Source: Halocafeteria seosinensis | Lineage: Eukaryota | NCBI GenBank assembly: GCA_001687465.1 | Contig: LVLI01000165.1 | Coordinates: 1-64,000 of the forward strand | Reading direction: 5' to 3' | DNA: 64,000 nt | Part shown: in pieces, positions 24,801 through 35,726 of the stretch | Layout of the letters: every line of letters starts with the position of its first letter | Position numbering within the stretch: position 1 is the stretch's first letter | Program-made: the position numbers and the translations under genes | The notes under the pieces: model-generated | Seen by the model: the letters and a program-made list of their open reading frames with translations, nothing else | Database searches by the model: none | Told to the model about the DNA's origin: nothing

Positions 24801-27230
24801 AATGTTGGAGGCTTCAGAAGTTTGGAGACTAATGCACAACCTGAACCGCAGTTGCGACTCGGATTGTTTGCAAGAAACGCAACGCGTGCCGCAATCCCTG
24901 TTGACGCCCAGCTTCCAAATCGTTTCCGAAGTGGTCAGAGTGTAACATCTTTTGAATTACAAGTGTCGCTGCGGGGTACCGGCCAGTTCGTGTTAGATGC
25001 TCATATTGGAAATGAAGCTATCCAGGGAAGCCCGCTTGTGGTATCCTCCACACCAAATGATTGCCCTCGCGAAAACGAAGTAGCAGAAGAGTCAGGACGA
25101 GTATGTGTGTGCGAACGGGGATTTAATCGTGCAAATTCCTCATGTACACCATGTCCAGAAGGTACTTTCAAGAGTGAACCATCGAACAATGGAAAATGTC
25201 GTCCGTGTCCTGTTGGATTCTTCTCCAACGAAGGATGGGAGAAATGCGAGCGTTGCCCTGAACAAGGGGTTACCTGTGTAGACGGGCGCTTAAGGATTCA
25301 GGCAGGTTATTGGTGCGACGCATGTAGCTACGAGGGAAATGGCGCCGCTTCGGAGTTGCTAACCCAGCTTGCGGAAGGTAGCGTTACCTTCCATTCATGT
25401 TCCCCTTCGGGAGCGTGTATTGTAACAGATGATTCAAGAGAGACGAGATGCTCAGCAGGCTATACAGGGCCAGTGTGCAGCCAATGTACCCAGGGGTATT
25501 CTAAGGCTTCCGATGGATCATGTGCACGTTGTAAGGCTATTGAACTCGATGGGTTTCTCTTGGCACTCTTCGCCACTGGAGTAGTGCTTGTAATCGTAGT
25601 TTTTGCCTATCAGTCCAAGCAGGACTCCGAAGAGGAAAAGAGGACCGTGGAACGCAATAACAATGATGATGTATTGAGCGACTCGGAACCGTTTGAAAAA
25701 CCGGAGAAAGAAGCCATTTATGAATTCCAATCGCAGCATGCTAAGGTCTTGGCTGCAAAACTGGATATGAAGACTTTGCAGCACACCATTGTATTACTTG
25801 TGGACTACCTCCAGATTTGCGCTATTCTCAATGGAACCAAAATCAACCCGTTTAGAGGATCTGCCAGTTGGTTTAGTGTCATGACCACTTCCTCTACGAT
25901 GAATCCCACCAGAGCAGGTCCTTTTCGGTGTGTTGCTGATACGTCGCCCGTCGAGACTAATCTTGCGACAATGTCAACTCCAGTGGTGCTGACATTCCTC
26001 GTTATTGTTCTACAGGCATTAGTCGAATGCACCAGTCCAAAATGGAGGCATACCTTTTCCCTTCGCACATACATACGAAATTCGACAAGATCGGCGATAC
26101 TGTTGCTCAACTTGCTGCATATGTCTGTCACAGATGCCTCTTTTCGTAGTTTTGAAACTTATCCTCTTGAAATCAGAGATACGCCGAGGGCGGCAATAGA
26201 TCTCAGTGTACGGACGGATAGTCGTCGCTACCGGACATTGTGGTTGGCGGCGCTCGTTACGCTAGCTGTCTTTGTCTTCGGCTATCCCCTTCTAGTCGCT
26301 GTATACTATGTTTTATGGCACCGTCAACTCCGCACCCCAGACCAGGTAATGCAATTTGTTAAAGTTACAGGGGGTTATCGGGTACAGCTGCATGGGTTTC
26401 TTTGGGAGATGATAGCAATTGCGAGAAAAGTGTTGCTGCTAGTTATTGCTGTATGGATCGAGAATCCTCTCTGGCAATTCGCCTTTTGCACCAGCTTGCT
26501 TATGTTCTTCTATTTGATCATCATGACGATACAGCCCTATCGTAAGACCGTACTCACTAATCTACAAGGAACAATGACATTCGTAGCATCCCTGAACTGC
26601 TGTCTAGGGATTCTACTCGAGACTGGAGGTGGAGTTCTTGAAGGATCAGTCACGTTATTTACTCGCAATACGTTGGAGAGAGCAGTCCTTTTAGTTCAAG
26701 TCGCATTCTTCCTTATTTGCACATTGGTATTCCTATATCTCTCTCCGCAAGCAGTATTATCAGTAAAGAGGGCGTTGAAGCAACTCTGGCAGGGAGAAGG
26801 TGCGATAGCGCGCTCCGCTCGAGTAAGAGGTACTGGCGCGCGAACGTCACAGGCTCGACAGGTATCTCAGAAACCTACGCGTACCCGGCGAAGGCTCCGT
26901 AAGAAATCCAAGCGGAACAAGGACCTTTCAGATGCACCGAAAGCAAAGATTGACAATCCATTGTTGAAAGTTACACCCGCATATCGCTCCAACACCCCTG
27001 GGTCGAAGGAGGCACTAACTGAAACCAAAGCATCATATGGAGCAGCGACGAACCCTTTGATAAGTATATCCTCTGAAAAGTGTGAATCTGAGAAGACTGA
27101 TCGAAACCCAAAAGGCGCTGCTACGGGTGCCCCATTTACTTCCATTGACCGAAGAGTTTACGTCCCGCAAATGGTTCGTCAGAGGAAAGCTCGGCGGCGG
27201 CTCCAACGGCGAAGACAGGGTGATCCATAA
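3839..27230 (+). CDS. Giant (~7,536 aa) cell-surface receptor/adhesin-like protein: signal peptide, 12 Gly-rich repeat modules, S/T/P stalk, Ig/filamin-like domains, Cys-rich (TNFR/ephrin-receptor-like) repeats, multi-pass TM domain
   Basis: ATG 3839 begins MNHYLIFLSSVLALLSVAFPRGHAKA (signal peptide). Introns: 4110-4176, 6437-6510, 7912-7983, 9418-9486, 10927-11001, 12328-12415, 13724-13785, 15202-15271, 18215-18281, 19773-19841, 21330-21397. All are GT-AG, 62-88 bp and frame-restoring. Spliced length is 22,611 nt = 7,537 codons. The last exon has PSASPSGTSSPS, a filamin-like ...IQGSPLVV, CTPCPEGTF/CRPCPVGFF/GYTGPVCSQC and about 7-9 hydrophobic helices. Confidence 0.88.
4530..21720 (+). repeat. 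Array of 12 diverged tandem coding modules (~1.3-1.6 kb each) inside the giant gene
   Basis: Twelve copies of the ordered motif set G[HYF]xxCxGPG - GG[ST]H[GA]GxG - YGxxxxPxxxGSGGC - GGxGG - IDxSG - GGGAGGS - xGG - GGGGGRIA - SGAGT[VI]Y, separated by beta-rich spacers. Confidence 0.92.
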
Positions 27231-27670
27231 TTAGTATGCCTTACTATACTTTTCGATCGAGAAAAGAGGTTGACCAAGAGAATATTGGCTTCAACGCACG
27301 CAGGCACTGCGGATGGCGCCATTTAGAGGGTCTTTTTGGATTCTTCTACAGAGTTTACACATAAAACTGGTTGCGAAACATTTGCGCCAGAGGCGATGCA
27401 GCTTAGCAAACCTTAGACAACAGGCGGTAAAGAAATTTCATCGTCGTGTAACGCTCCGTTCTATAGCGGTTCCGTCGAAAAGACGATATTCACATGAGCA
27501 CTTCTTTCGTAGACCTAGTGAAACGGGACGATGACACGATATATTATAAATAAACGTATCACAAAAAGCAACTATAGGTAGCTAGAAAGAACCATGGAGA
27601 AACAATGCCAGTGGCAAACATTGCCGCCTTTACCACAGCTCAACGGTGGGTTCGGCAACCGTTTTGCACA

Positions 27671-29284
27671 TCAGTTGTCGTTGTCTTCCATCAGCTTGGT
27701 GCCCAGCCAACCATTGGTGTAGTACTGCAGCTTTGAGTGGTAGGAAACTGCTATGATAATACAAACATAGAGGAAGATCGTTACTCCAAGAATCGTGTCC
27801 AACACCAATGAAGTGCGAGCGGAGGATATCCAAACGCAAATACAGGTTTCCAAGGATATCGTTACCACCAGCGCGAGAGATGCTCCATACCAATAGTTAA
27901 CCTGTGCAATATTGCAAGGGTAGTACCTGTTGCTACTAGGAATAAATCCGTGACTCCAGAACAATCCAAGAACAGTAAGCGCTAGCATCGGCGAAATAAC
28001 CACTGGCTCGGTGGGTCCTAAAATAATAGCGAAGATTGTCAGCAGCATACGCAGGTTCAGTGCTTTGTATTGGAATATCGGAGACCAGACAATCAGCTCG
28101 GAAACGCTAAACGCGGACTTCCACCCAAATTTCTCGCAAGTTTTGCTTTCAAAGGAAAACAAAGGAACCGACCAGGTAATTGCATACACGCATAAGAAGT
28201 ACCAGCAGAACAATAGCGCTAGGGCTGGGAAGAGGAGTCCAACATGGTTCGATGTCCAACACTCAATAGTAGGCACCTCGATGAGCTCTCCTTTATTGTT
28301 GCATCCTACGAGCTTGATCAAAAAGATAGAGACTGGGACAAAAGTCAACTCTACCAAGGTGACCAAGTTTGCAAATAGCTGAGCAGCCCATTGCATCTGT
28401 GTCTCCTTGTTTTTATCCAACTTCTTGTCCAGAACCCGCAGAAGGAAGCGAAAGATCATCAAATGCCAAGAAAAGCAGGCGGGCAAATTCCGGGTTTCGT
28501 AAATTCCAATCGACAGACACTGCATGAATAATTTAAAGTACCTAAGACACCACGGTTCTGAAAGAAACATGGGAACGAAAAACGCTAGCAAAGTTGCTGT
28601 CCAAAGGAGGGCGACCAGGCAGTAGCATATCCAGAAGAACGTCCGAAAATCGTCCTCATTTGAGATGAACGACACGTTGAGTACAGGAATGTCAAACCCT
28701 TGCTTGATGACGGTTTTCTCTCGAAACGGGATAAGGAGAGGTTGGCATAACTGGTAAACACTCACGAGAGCTGTAGCCACTTTGAAGTATATAGCCCAAT
28801 GTCCCGGAAGGAATCCCATCCATTTCTTTGCCCCCTCTTCTGACTTTGCGGACTCACTTAGCTCCTTTACGCTCGGTGTGTGAAGATGTGCGGTTAGACC
28901 TTCGAGAGAGTCGTTGTGGTACAATTTTAGCGCGAGCGATAGGTACTTCTTGACAAAGTAGTTCATTCTCGCAGTCACGATCCAAGCCGTAAAAACGAAC
29001 ATCCCAGTTGTAACTTTCACTGCATTCTTCGGATGGAACGGATAGTAGGATAGCCAAATCAGTGCCGCCACAGTCGCGATGATTCCCACCATTACCATAT
29101 CTGTAATATGCGTCCCCGCCAAAGTCCTCTCATACCAGGGGAGCTCTCGCAAGAGGACATTCAGTTGGCGTTGCTTTTGTCGATCAGACTCCAAATCATT
29201 GTCAAACGCGGCCTTTGGATCCAGCACAGTAGCGTGTGCTGTCCCACCTTGGGCCATAGGATTTCTTAGAGGTGTCTGAGACAT
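27671..29284 (-). CDS. Intronless multi-pass membrane protein (537 aa), function unknown
   Basis: Long ATG-initiated ORF with about 9-10 hydrophobic segments. The motif LVGC...VPTIECWTSNHVGLLFPALALL resembles the C...CW...H loop of protist 7TM-like receptor C-termini. Confidence 0.75.
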   Translation of the reverse strand: MSQTPLRNPMAQGGTAHATVLDPKAAFDNDLESDRQKQRQLNVLLRELPWYERTLAGTHITDMVMVGIIATVAALIWLSYYPFHPKNAVKVTTGMFVFTAWIVTARMNYFVKKYLSLALKLYHNDSLEGLTAHLHTPSVKELSESAKSEEGAKKWMGFLPGHWAIYFKVATALVSVYQLCQPLLIPFREKTVIKQGFDIPVLNVSFISNEDDFRTFFWICYCLVALLWTATLLAFFVPMFLSEPWCLRYFKLFMQCLSIGIYETRNLPACFSWHLMIFRFLLRVLDKKLDKNKETQMQWAAQLFANLVTLVELTFVPVSIFLIKLVGCNNKGELIEVPTIECWTSNHVGLLFPALALLFCWYFLCVYAITWSVPLFSFESKTCEKFGWKSAFSVSELIVWSPIFQYKALNLRMLLTIFAIILGPTEPVVISPMLALTVLGLFWSHGFIPSSNRYYPCNIAQVNYWYGASLALVVTISLETCICVWISSARTSLVLDTILGVTIFLYVCIIIAVSYHSKLQYYTNGWLGTKLMEDNDN

Positions 29285-29839
29285 TGGGGCATAATATCTG
29301 AATATCCCGTTCGCGCCCTGGAGAGCCAGCCCTTTTCTGTCGTTGCTGTATCAAAAATATTGTATCTACGCGTACGGCCGAAACCAACCTCTATGACCAG
29401 ATATAACAGGTGCAGTTTGTGGTATTGGCAATACTATCGTATTATCGTACCCAAAGACAGGGAACGGTGCGTGGTTGGTTGCGGCGCCTGATGAAACGGC
29501 AAGTACCTACATTTCCAAGCGATTGAGATCTCGTCCTTTTCGCTCACAACTCAGAAATAATGTATTGAGCATAGCAAGTAAGGCAGTATTAGGGGCATGT
29601 TCTTTTTGAAAAGTGGGTAGATGTGATTAGTGGTACCAGTGCACTGCGGAGTTGAATTCTCACAGGGACCTACTACTGGTACCAAAATGGTACCAATACT
29701 ATGATTGTACCTTTTCCTTCCCATGACATCTAAGGATATTGTTCATTAATTTCCTAAGCGAGAGACCAAACGGTATAGCATAGACTTCAAACCGCAATGT
29801 TTCATGTGCACGGAAGTCGTCAAGTTGGGCAAGTGTGGA

Positions 29840-29935
29840 ACAACAGCAGTGGACATGACTTATATTTAGTTCCCCCAATTTGGATAAGTGCTGAAAAGCC
29901 GCATCCGTAATAGCCGACTGCTTGCAACTCGGCAT
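29840..29935 (-). pseudogene. Isolated leucine-rich-repeat fragment (cysteine-containing/AMN1-like LRR)
   Basis: The translation MPSCKQSAITDAAFQHLSKLGELNISH matches one LRR unit (C.Q..ITD.AF.HL..L..LNIS). No flanking repeats or gene structure are seen. Confidence 0.3.
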
Positions 29936-30167
29936 GTTTTTGGCGTGTTTCCAATAAGAACCAACAATGGGGTCTCATTATGGGGATTAGGAATTCCAGT
30001 TGTTGGCGCCGCTTGTACTTCAATTTTTGACTTGGAATTGCCAGATTGACAGCAGTATGCCATCTTCCATAGTCGAATACTAAGTTAATCAATACATAGC
30101 AGTATTGATGGTGGTACTAAGTGGTTAAGAGTAACATTCAGGCTTTTTGTTCTCTGAATTGGCAACA

Positions 30168-31723
30168 ATGGAGGAGAGGAAACGGAGACGGAAGCTGTGT
30201 CTTTCCCCAGTTCTCGTCGATCAGGACCCCCCTGCACCATCATTTACACCGGCATCGTCATTACCATATTCCGATGCTTGTCAGAAAAGCTCAATGAAAG
30301 TTATGCAAGGAGAAATATCGGACGCAGATCTGCGAAAAGAATTAGCGGAAACGAAAGGAATTCTTAATTCCATTCATCATGTATGTCGTGCACGTAGGGA
30401 CTTATTAAAGCATCCACCACCACCATGAATGCACCGTGTCTCTACAGAAAGTTCCAACACTCATCGATGAGTATGAGAGATGCAAACGCCAATTGAAAGC
30501 GCGAGATAAGCAAATTAGGCTCCTGTTAAAGAACCGAGTAAGATGAATTCAGAATTCTTTTTGTTGCCTTTCCTTCATTCGGTATACCTTTGCAGACAAA
30601 CCGAAATCATAGCATCTCTCCAAATGAGCATGTATTACCTTTGCTGCACGCTCTGTGGGCCGTATCTGGAAGTTCAGGGGCTACAGACACACTAGTGGGA
30701 GCAGTTTCGGTGAACAACTCAGGATATAATTCCTCTCAATCTTCAGGAAAAGATGACGGGGAGAGTATTGGCCATTATTCTAATGACTCCCATCTATCAG
30801 TTCCACGTGGAGTAATAGACGATATTGTCGCAGCCATCAGGTATGCGCCTTGCTCAGAATTCTCTAACCTGGAGTTCGAGAGTCCATTCCCTCAATGATA
30901 TGCAGAGATATCCTGCCAGCTGATGATTCCGTGAATAATACATCGGACAAACAGACATTAGAGACTTGCGTCGGTCTCTTGGGTAATATTTGCTTGCAGG
31001 AAGATGGAGCACTGACTGTCGTTGGACGGAACCAGAACTTGTTTCTGCGTCTATGTAAAACAATAGAGATGACGATCATGTCTTCTCCAGCTCCCACATG
31101 CACCTTCCAAGACAGCGGTCCCTCACAAGATGATCCTTTGCTGGATATCTTTGTTACCTCCCTTAGCAATATGTACGTTAATCCTCCGGTACTTGCAGGC
31201 TAATATTTCGCGGTAAAGGCCCCGTTGCTTCTTGCAGCACCAGCCACAAACCATGTTGCATCAGCTTGGTTTCCCAACAAGAAAACGGCCTTTCTCTCCT
31301 ACAAGTTTTAACTAGTATGATGCTTCTGACGAGCAATCATACCCTGACGCTGCGCATGTCAGCAATCAGTAAGTATCCTCTACCGAAAGATCGCTAACAG
31401 TCAACCCACTTCCACATCCTCCCACTCACGCAGCATATGCATTGTTGACTCAAGACAAGGGTGCTTTCCTTCAGCGATGCAATGAGAATGAAGACTGGAA
31501 GCAATGTGTGAATGGTCTCGTCGAGGTGATGTTATCTCATAACCGCCAATCCATACGAATAATGGGCCGTAAAATAGACGAGGCTTGCCGAGAAATGCGT
31601 GCCGCCAAACACTCCTCCAAGGGCTCCGTGTCAGACTATCACACTACAAACAAGAGCCGATATGCTAATATTCATACTCACGCCAGTGGGAATTTCCAAC
31701 CCAATAAAAAGCGCAGCCGATAG
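30168..31723 (+). CDS. Coiled-coil plus armadillo-like repeat protein, HSF2BP/MEILB2-like (6 exons)
   Basis: ATG at 30168. Introns at 30381-30447, 30538-30595, 30841-30905, 31173-31237 and ~31369-31434 give an open frame to TAG 31723. An N-terminal coiled coil (DLRKELAETK...KRQLKARDKQIRLL) is followed by helical ARM-like blocks LLHALWAVS, CVGLLGNIC and FVTSLSNITS. Confidence 0.6.
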
Positions 31724-32047
31724 CAATGAGATTGAAGTCCCAGACGCGCGGCGGGGAGCTATAGCCTACACGAAGTCAATGATCTTTTTACGGTGTATTG
31801 AAGATAACATACCTTCCGATACAACCTAAGATTCTCGATCTGGTGTATGCGCTCGTTTGTTGTTTATGAATACGACATCTGGTATTGTATAGCTGCAGTA
31901 TCATCGCCTCTGGTCATTCTGGAGGCGTGAGCAAGACGAGGACATTTACCACAACGCAAGCATTACAGAGCCCACGATCTTATACAAAAAAATTCAAAGT
32001 ATTGAGAAGAGATATTCTAACATATATTCACGCAGCCATTATCGACG

Positions 32048-33426
32048 ATGTTGAATGGAAAAGTAATCCAATCGTTCGGTGCATCCCTTGGTCGACTACG
32101 GTGCGGCTTTGGTGTCAGCAGACAAGCCTTTTCAGTTAGCAAGAGGACCATCGGAGGACCCACTCGCTACTTTGGGAGTGAGAATGGAAAGGCAGGAACT
32201 GGTCCGATTGGGGTAGCTTACCCGGGAGAAATGTATCGGTCCCCTGAGGAACAGGGCACCCGAGTTCTGGTAACAGGAGCAGGAGGGCAGGTATGTTCTT
32301 GATCTCAGCTACTGCTTGTACGAAATATTCTTTTTGGATAATTGGATCCTGGCGGACTACGTGTATATATATGCAGGTAGGAATGGAGTTGGTCCCTTAC
32401 TTGAGAAACATCCTGGGTAACGAGAACGTAATTGCTTCGGACATCAAAGCACTTCCACGTGGAAATGATATTATGCACACTGGCCCCTTTGTCTACTGCG
32501 ATGTGTAAGTTGGCTTAACCCGGAAGTGGTGTCTGAGATGAATCGCAATTTTCCCGAAATTTGTTCTGCAGACTAAACTCGGATATGTTATTGCGAGTAA
32601 TACTGGAACATCAGGTAGACATGGTTGTGCATTTGGCGTCACTGCTTTCTGCGATCGGTGAACAGAATCCTCAATTGGCGATCAAAGTGAACACCCGAGG
32701 AACTGAAAATATCTTAGATACAGCACATCGTAATAATTTGAGGGTGTTTATTCCGAGTACTATTGGGGCTTTTGGTCCTTCTACTCCCAGGAACCCTACA
32801 CCGGACGTCACCATTCAGCGTCCAACGACAGTCTACGGGATCAGTAAGGTGTACACCGAGCTCTTGGGGGAGTACTACTATAACAAATATGGTGTAGATT
32901 TCCGCAGTCTAAGGTAAGAACCAACGAGCTTCTCATTGGTTTTCAGCTAGGCAGTGCGACCCTCCCGACCTGCAGATATCCGGGTGTCATCAGCAACAAG
33001 ACACTACCAGGAGGCGGTACAACGGACTACGCCGTTGAGATCTACTATGAGGCATTGCGGAAGCAGAGATATACCTCGTTTTTGCGAAGCGACACGGCAT
33101 TGCCAATGATGTATATGCCTGATTGCATTCGTGGAACTGCGGAGTTTCTTCTGTGTGATGATGCGAAACTGAACCAACGAACATACAACTTGCAAGCGCT
33201 CAGTTTCACACCAGGAGATGTTGCAGAGAGTATCCGAAAATTCATTCCAGAATTCGAAATCGATTACAAACCAGATTTCCGACAAGCTATAGCAGATTCT
33301 TGGCCCAACGCTCTGGACGACACCAATGCCCGCCGCGATTGGCATTGGCAACACGAATACGATCTCGACAAGATGACAGAGGACATGCTCCAAGCTATTA
33401 GACCTCGTGTCAAGTCTGAGAAGTAA
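32048..33426 (+). CDS. TDH: Mitochondrial L-threonine 3-dehydrogenase (extended SDR)
   Basis: Arg/Ser-rich presequence. Motifs [38 protein letters not shown] (YxxxK), [16 protein letters not shown] and RQAIADSWP. Introns at 32291-32376, 32505-32571 and 32914-32975. Confidence 0.93.
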
Positions 33427-33516
33427 TTTCGCCACTATAATCAATACACATTGCAGTAGTGCGCTTCATTCACTCGTTGTCTTTTTACCGTTCCATGTGT
33501 TCCAGGGCGGCGAATG

Positions 33517-34681
33517 CTATTCGGGATGTTGCTGCTTCTGCTTCTTTTTCCCACCAGCAATCTTTCGAAGCAAATCACTATCAAGTGCTGACGACGACTC
33601 ATTGCCTTCCCGAGCCTGCTTCTGGGGAAAATGCCGCGGCTTGAATGACTGCTTCGGCTCAGTTACAGCATTGTCTCGTCCCTTATCCGCCTCCTCTTTC
33701 GCCATCGCTTTTTCAATCCGTTTTGCTTGATCAACCTTGGACATATAAAATTCGTTTTCTTTCTTGGCTTGGGATATCTCCGTCCTCAGCTTTTGAGCTT
33801 GTATTTGGCGTTCACAGTCTGCGATCAGCCAAGGAAAAGTTGCAAATAGCTCCATAGACGGGTGCCGAAGATGGAGAGCCAGTATCGAGCGGAACTTACT
33901 TAATTTTTCTGTTAGATAACTCCATTTGAATCCTTTTAGATATTTCATGTTCCACAAGTCCGAATCGAAAAACTTCCTACCGCTAGTACCTGTCCTCTTA
34001 TATTTAAATAGGGCCACGTACCTCAATGCAAAAAGCATCAGTGTCAATGCTGCGAATGTTCTTACCTATGGAGGTGTTATTCAATGACATAGCTACTCTC
34101 TTTGCGATCCGTTTGTCCATGAACTCCACCCATCCTTCCGTGTATTTTATCTTCCTGTTACCTCCGCTTTTGATCCTCCGTTTCCGTGTGACCGGGTCTG
34201 TACAAGCGCAAAAATGAAGCAGCTATCGGTCAATCGGCCTTAAATTGAAGCACACAAAAATGGATGGTGTATGTACCTACCTTCGGGTGCTAAATAGATT
34301 CTATCAATTTTCCCGTAGACTTCCAGTAGATGCCGTACTTTCTGCGGCTTCATGTATGGCGGAATCCGGCTCAAATAGATCTGCATACTCATTACAATGA
34401 CAATTACCGTCCAAAATTTTGCCAGAATTCGAAATTGAGCTACATACAATCCCTTTCTGCTTCTCGCGTTGCTGAAAGCGCTCCAACGATTCCTTGGAGA
34501 GTTGCAGAGGTTTCTGTTGCGAAGGGTGCACTTGCTCCTCATCCTCAGACTCGGACGATTCGTCCTCATTTTTCTCTTCATTTCGCTCTTGTTCCTCTTG
34601 CTCTGACGCATGGTATTCTTCCTCAGACGAGGAATGCGCCTCGTGTTTTTGAAGAGACTCCGAGGGGACGGCTGAGCTCAT
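33517..34681 (-). CDS. ESF2: Pre-rRNA processing protein ESF2/ABT1 (RRM)
   Basis: Acidic N-terminus. Motifs [48 protein letters not shown] and [12 protein letters not shown]. Introns at 34381-34447, 34198-34280, 33990-34065 and 33819-33899. Confidence 0.93.
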
Positions 34682-35726
34682 TCTGTGGCCTTCAAATACA
34701 AGAAAACCCGCAGAAGACAGAAAAAAGAGTACTGGTTTGTACTGTCTCTTCCTGTATACGTGCATGGATGGCTAGACTCAACCAAGACACGCGATAAAAG
34801 GAACTGTCTAAACCATCCACTGGCATGTTGAAGTTGGGACTTTGCGGTGGCCGCGGGGAACTACACACTGCACTGTATTAACAGGACAAACAGGACTACT
34901 TGTAGCTGACTACAAAATTTGCTGCAGTAGGCGCACGCTCTAGCAGGTAGTCTTTATCAATAGATTGCGTGCCGAATTATCGAAATAATTACCCGCGAAA
35001 CACATCTACAACGATGGTACATGTGTTCAACCGTTTAAGACTTCAAGAATAAAATGTCAGCTGAATTCTATAGATTCTTTACGACGATTGAATTCCTCAA
35101 GAATTCGTACTTGTGCCGCAACGGTTAAACCTACCTTTTTCCAGAGCTTCGCATTCACCATTGAGTCGAACCAGACCATCTTGAATACCAGAAAAGGCTG
35201 TATGCTACCCTACCAAATCTGATGTACGCGTTCCTCGCAGGAAGTAACGAAAAAATGTACACCATTATACAAGTAGATTTCATCTTATTTAACACGGTTT
35301 CATGGCCTTTGTCGTAGCACAGTCTGCTAGCTATTTTTCTGTGGTGCTCGCACGACCAGGGTACACGGTTACCCATTACAACATTGTACCCTCTTCCCCG
35401 TTGGTAGGTGTAGTTCCACTTGCTTGGCAGTTACGAATGGTAACTTCGATCCATTCATGTACATACGCCCTGTTTTCGCCGATAAAAATACATATGAAAA
35501 CCCTATACGAAGGAAAACCCCAATGTAATATTCGTAGTCGGAAACTACTGTAGGTAAGTAGTCCTCCGATACGTTGCTGTGTAATAAGCTAGATGTGTAT
35601 TTGCTCGACAACGAGAGGAAGAGAGGAAGACAACCGGTCGTTGTTCCCTGTCCCGTACGTTGGGTCAAGCACAAGTCTGACTACTGGTATAAACACAAAC
35701 CCTGGATAAACTTACAAAAACACTGG

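Noticed and set aside
22505..26131. Long antisense ORFs opposite the giant gene and other CDSs
   Set aside because: Shadow ORFs from codon bias and low complexity, with no independent motifs.
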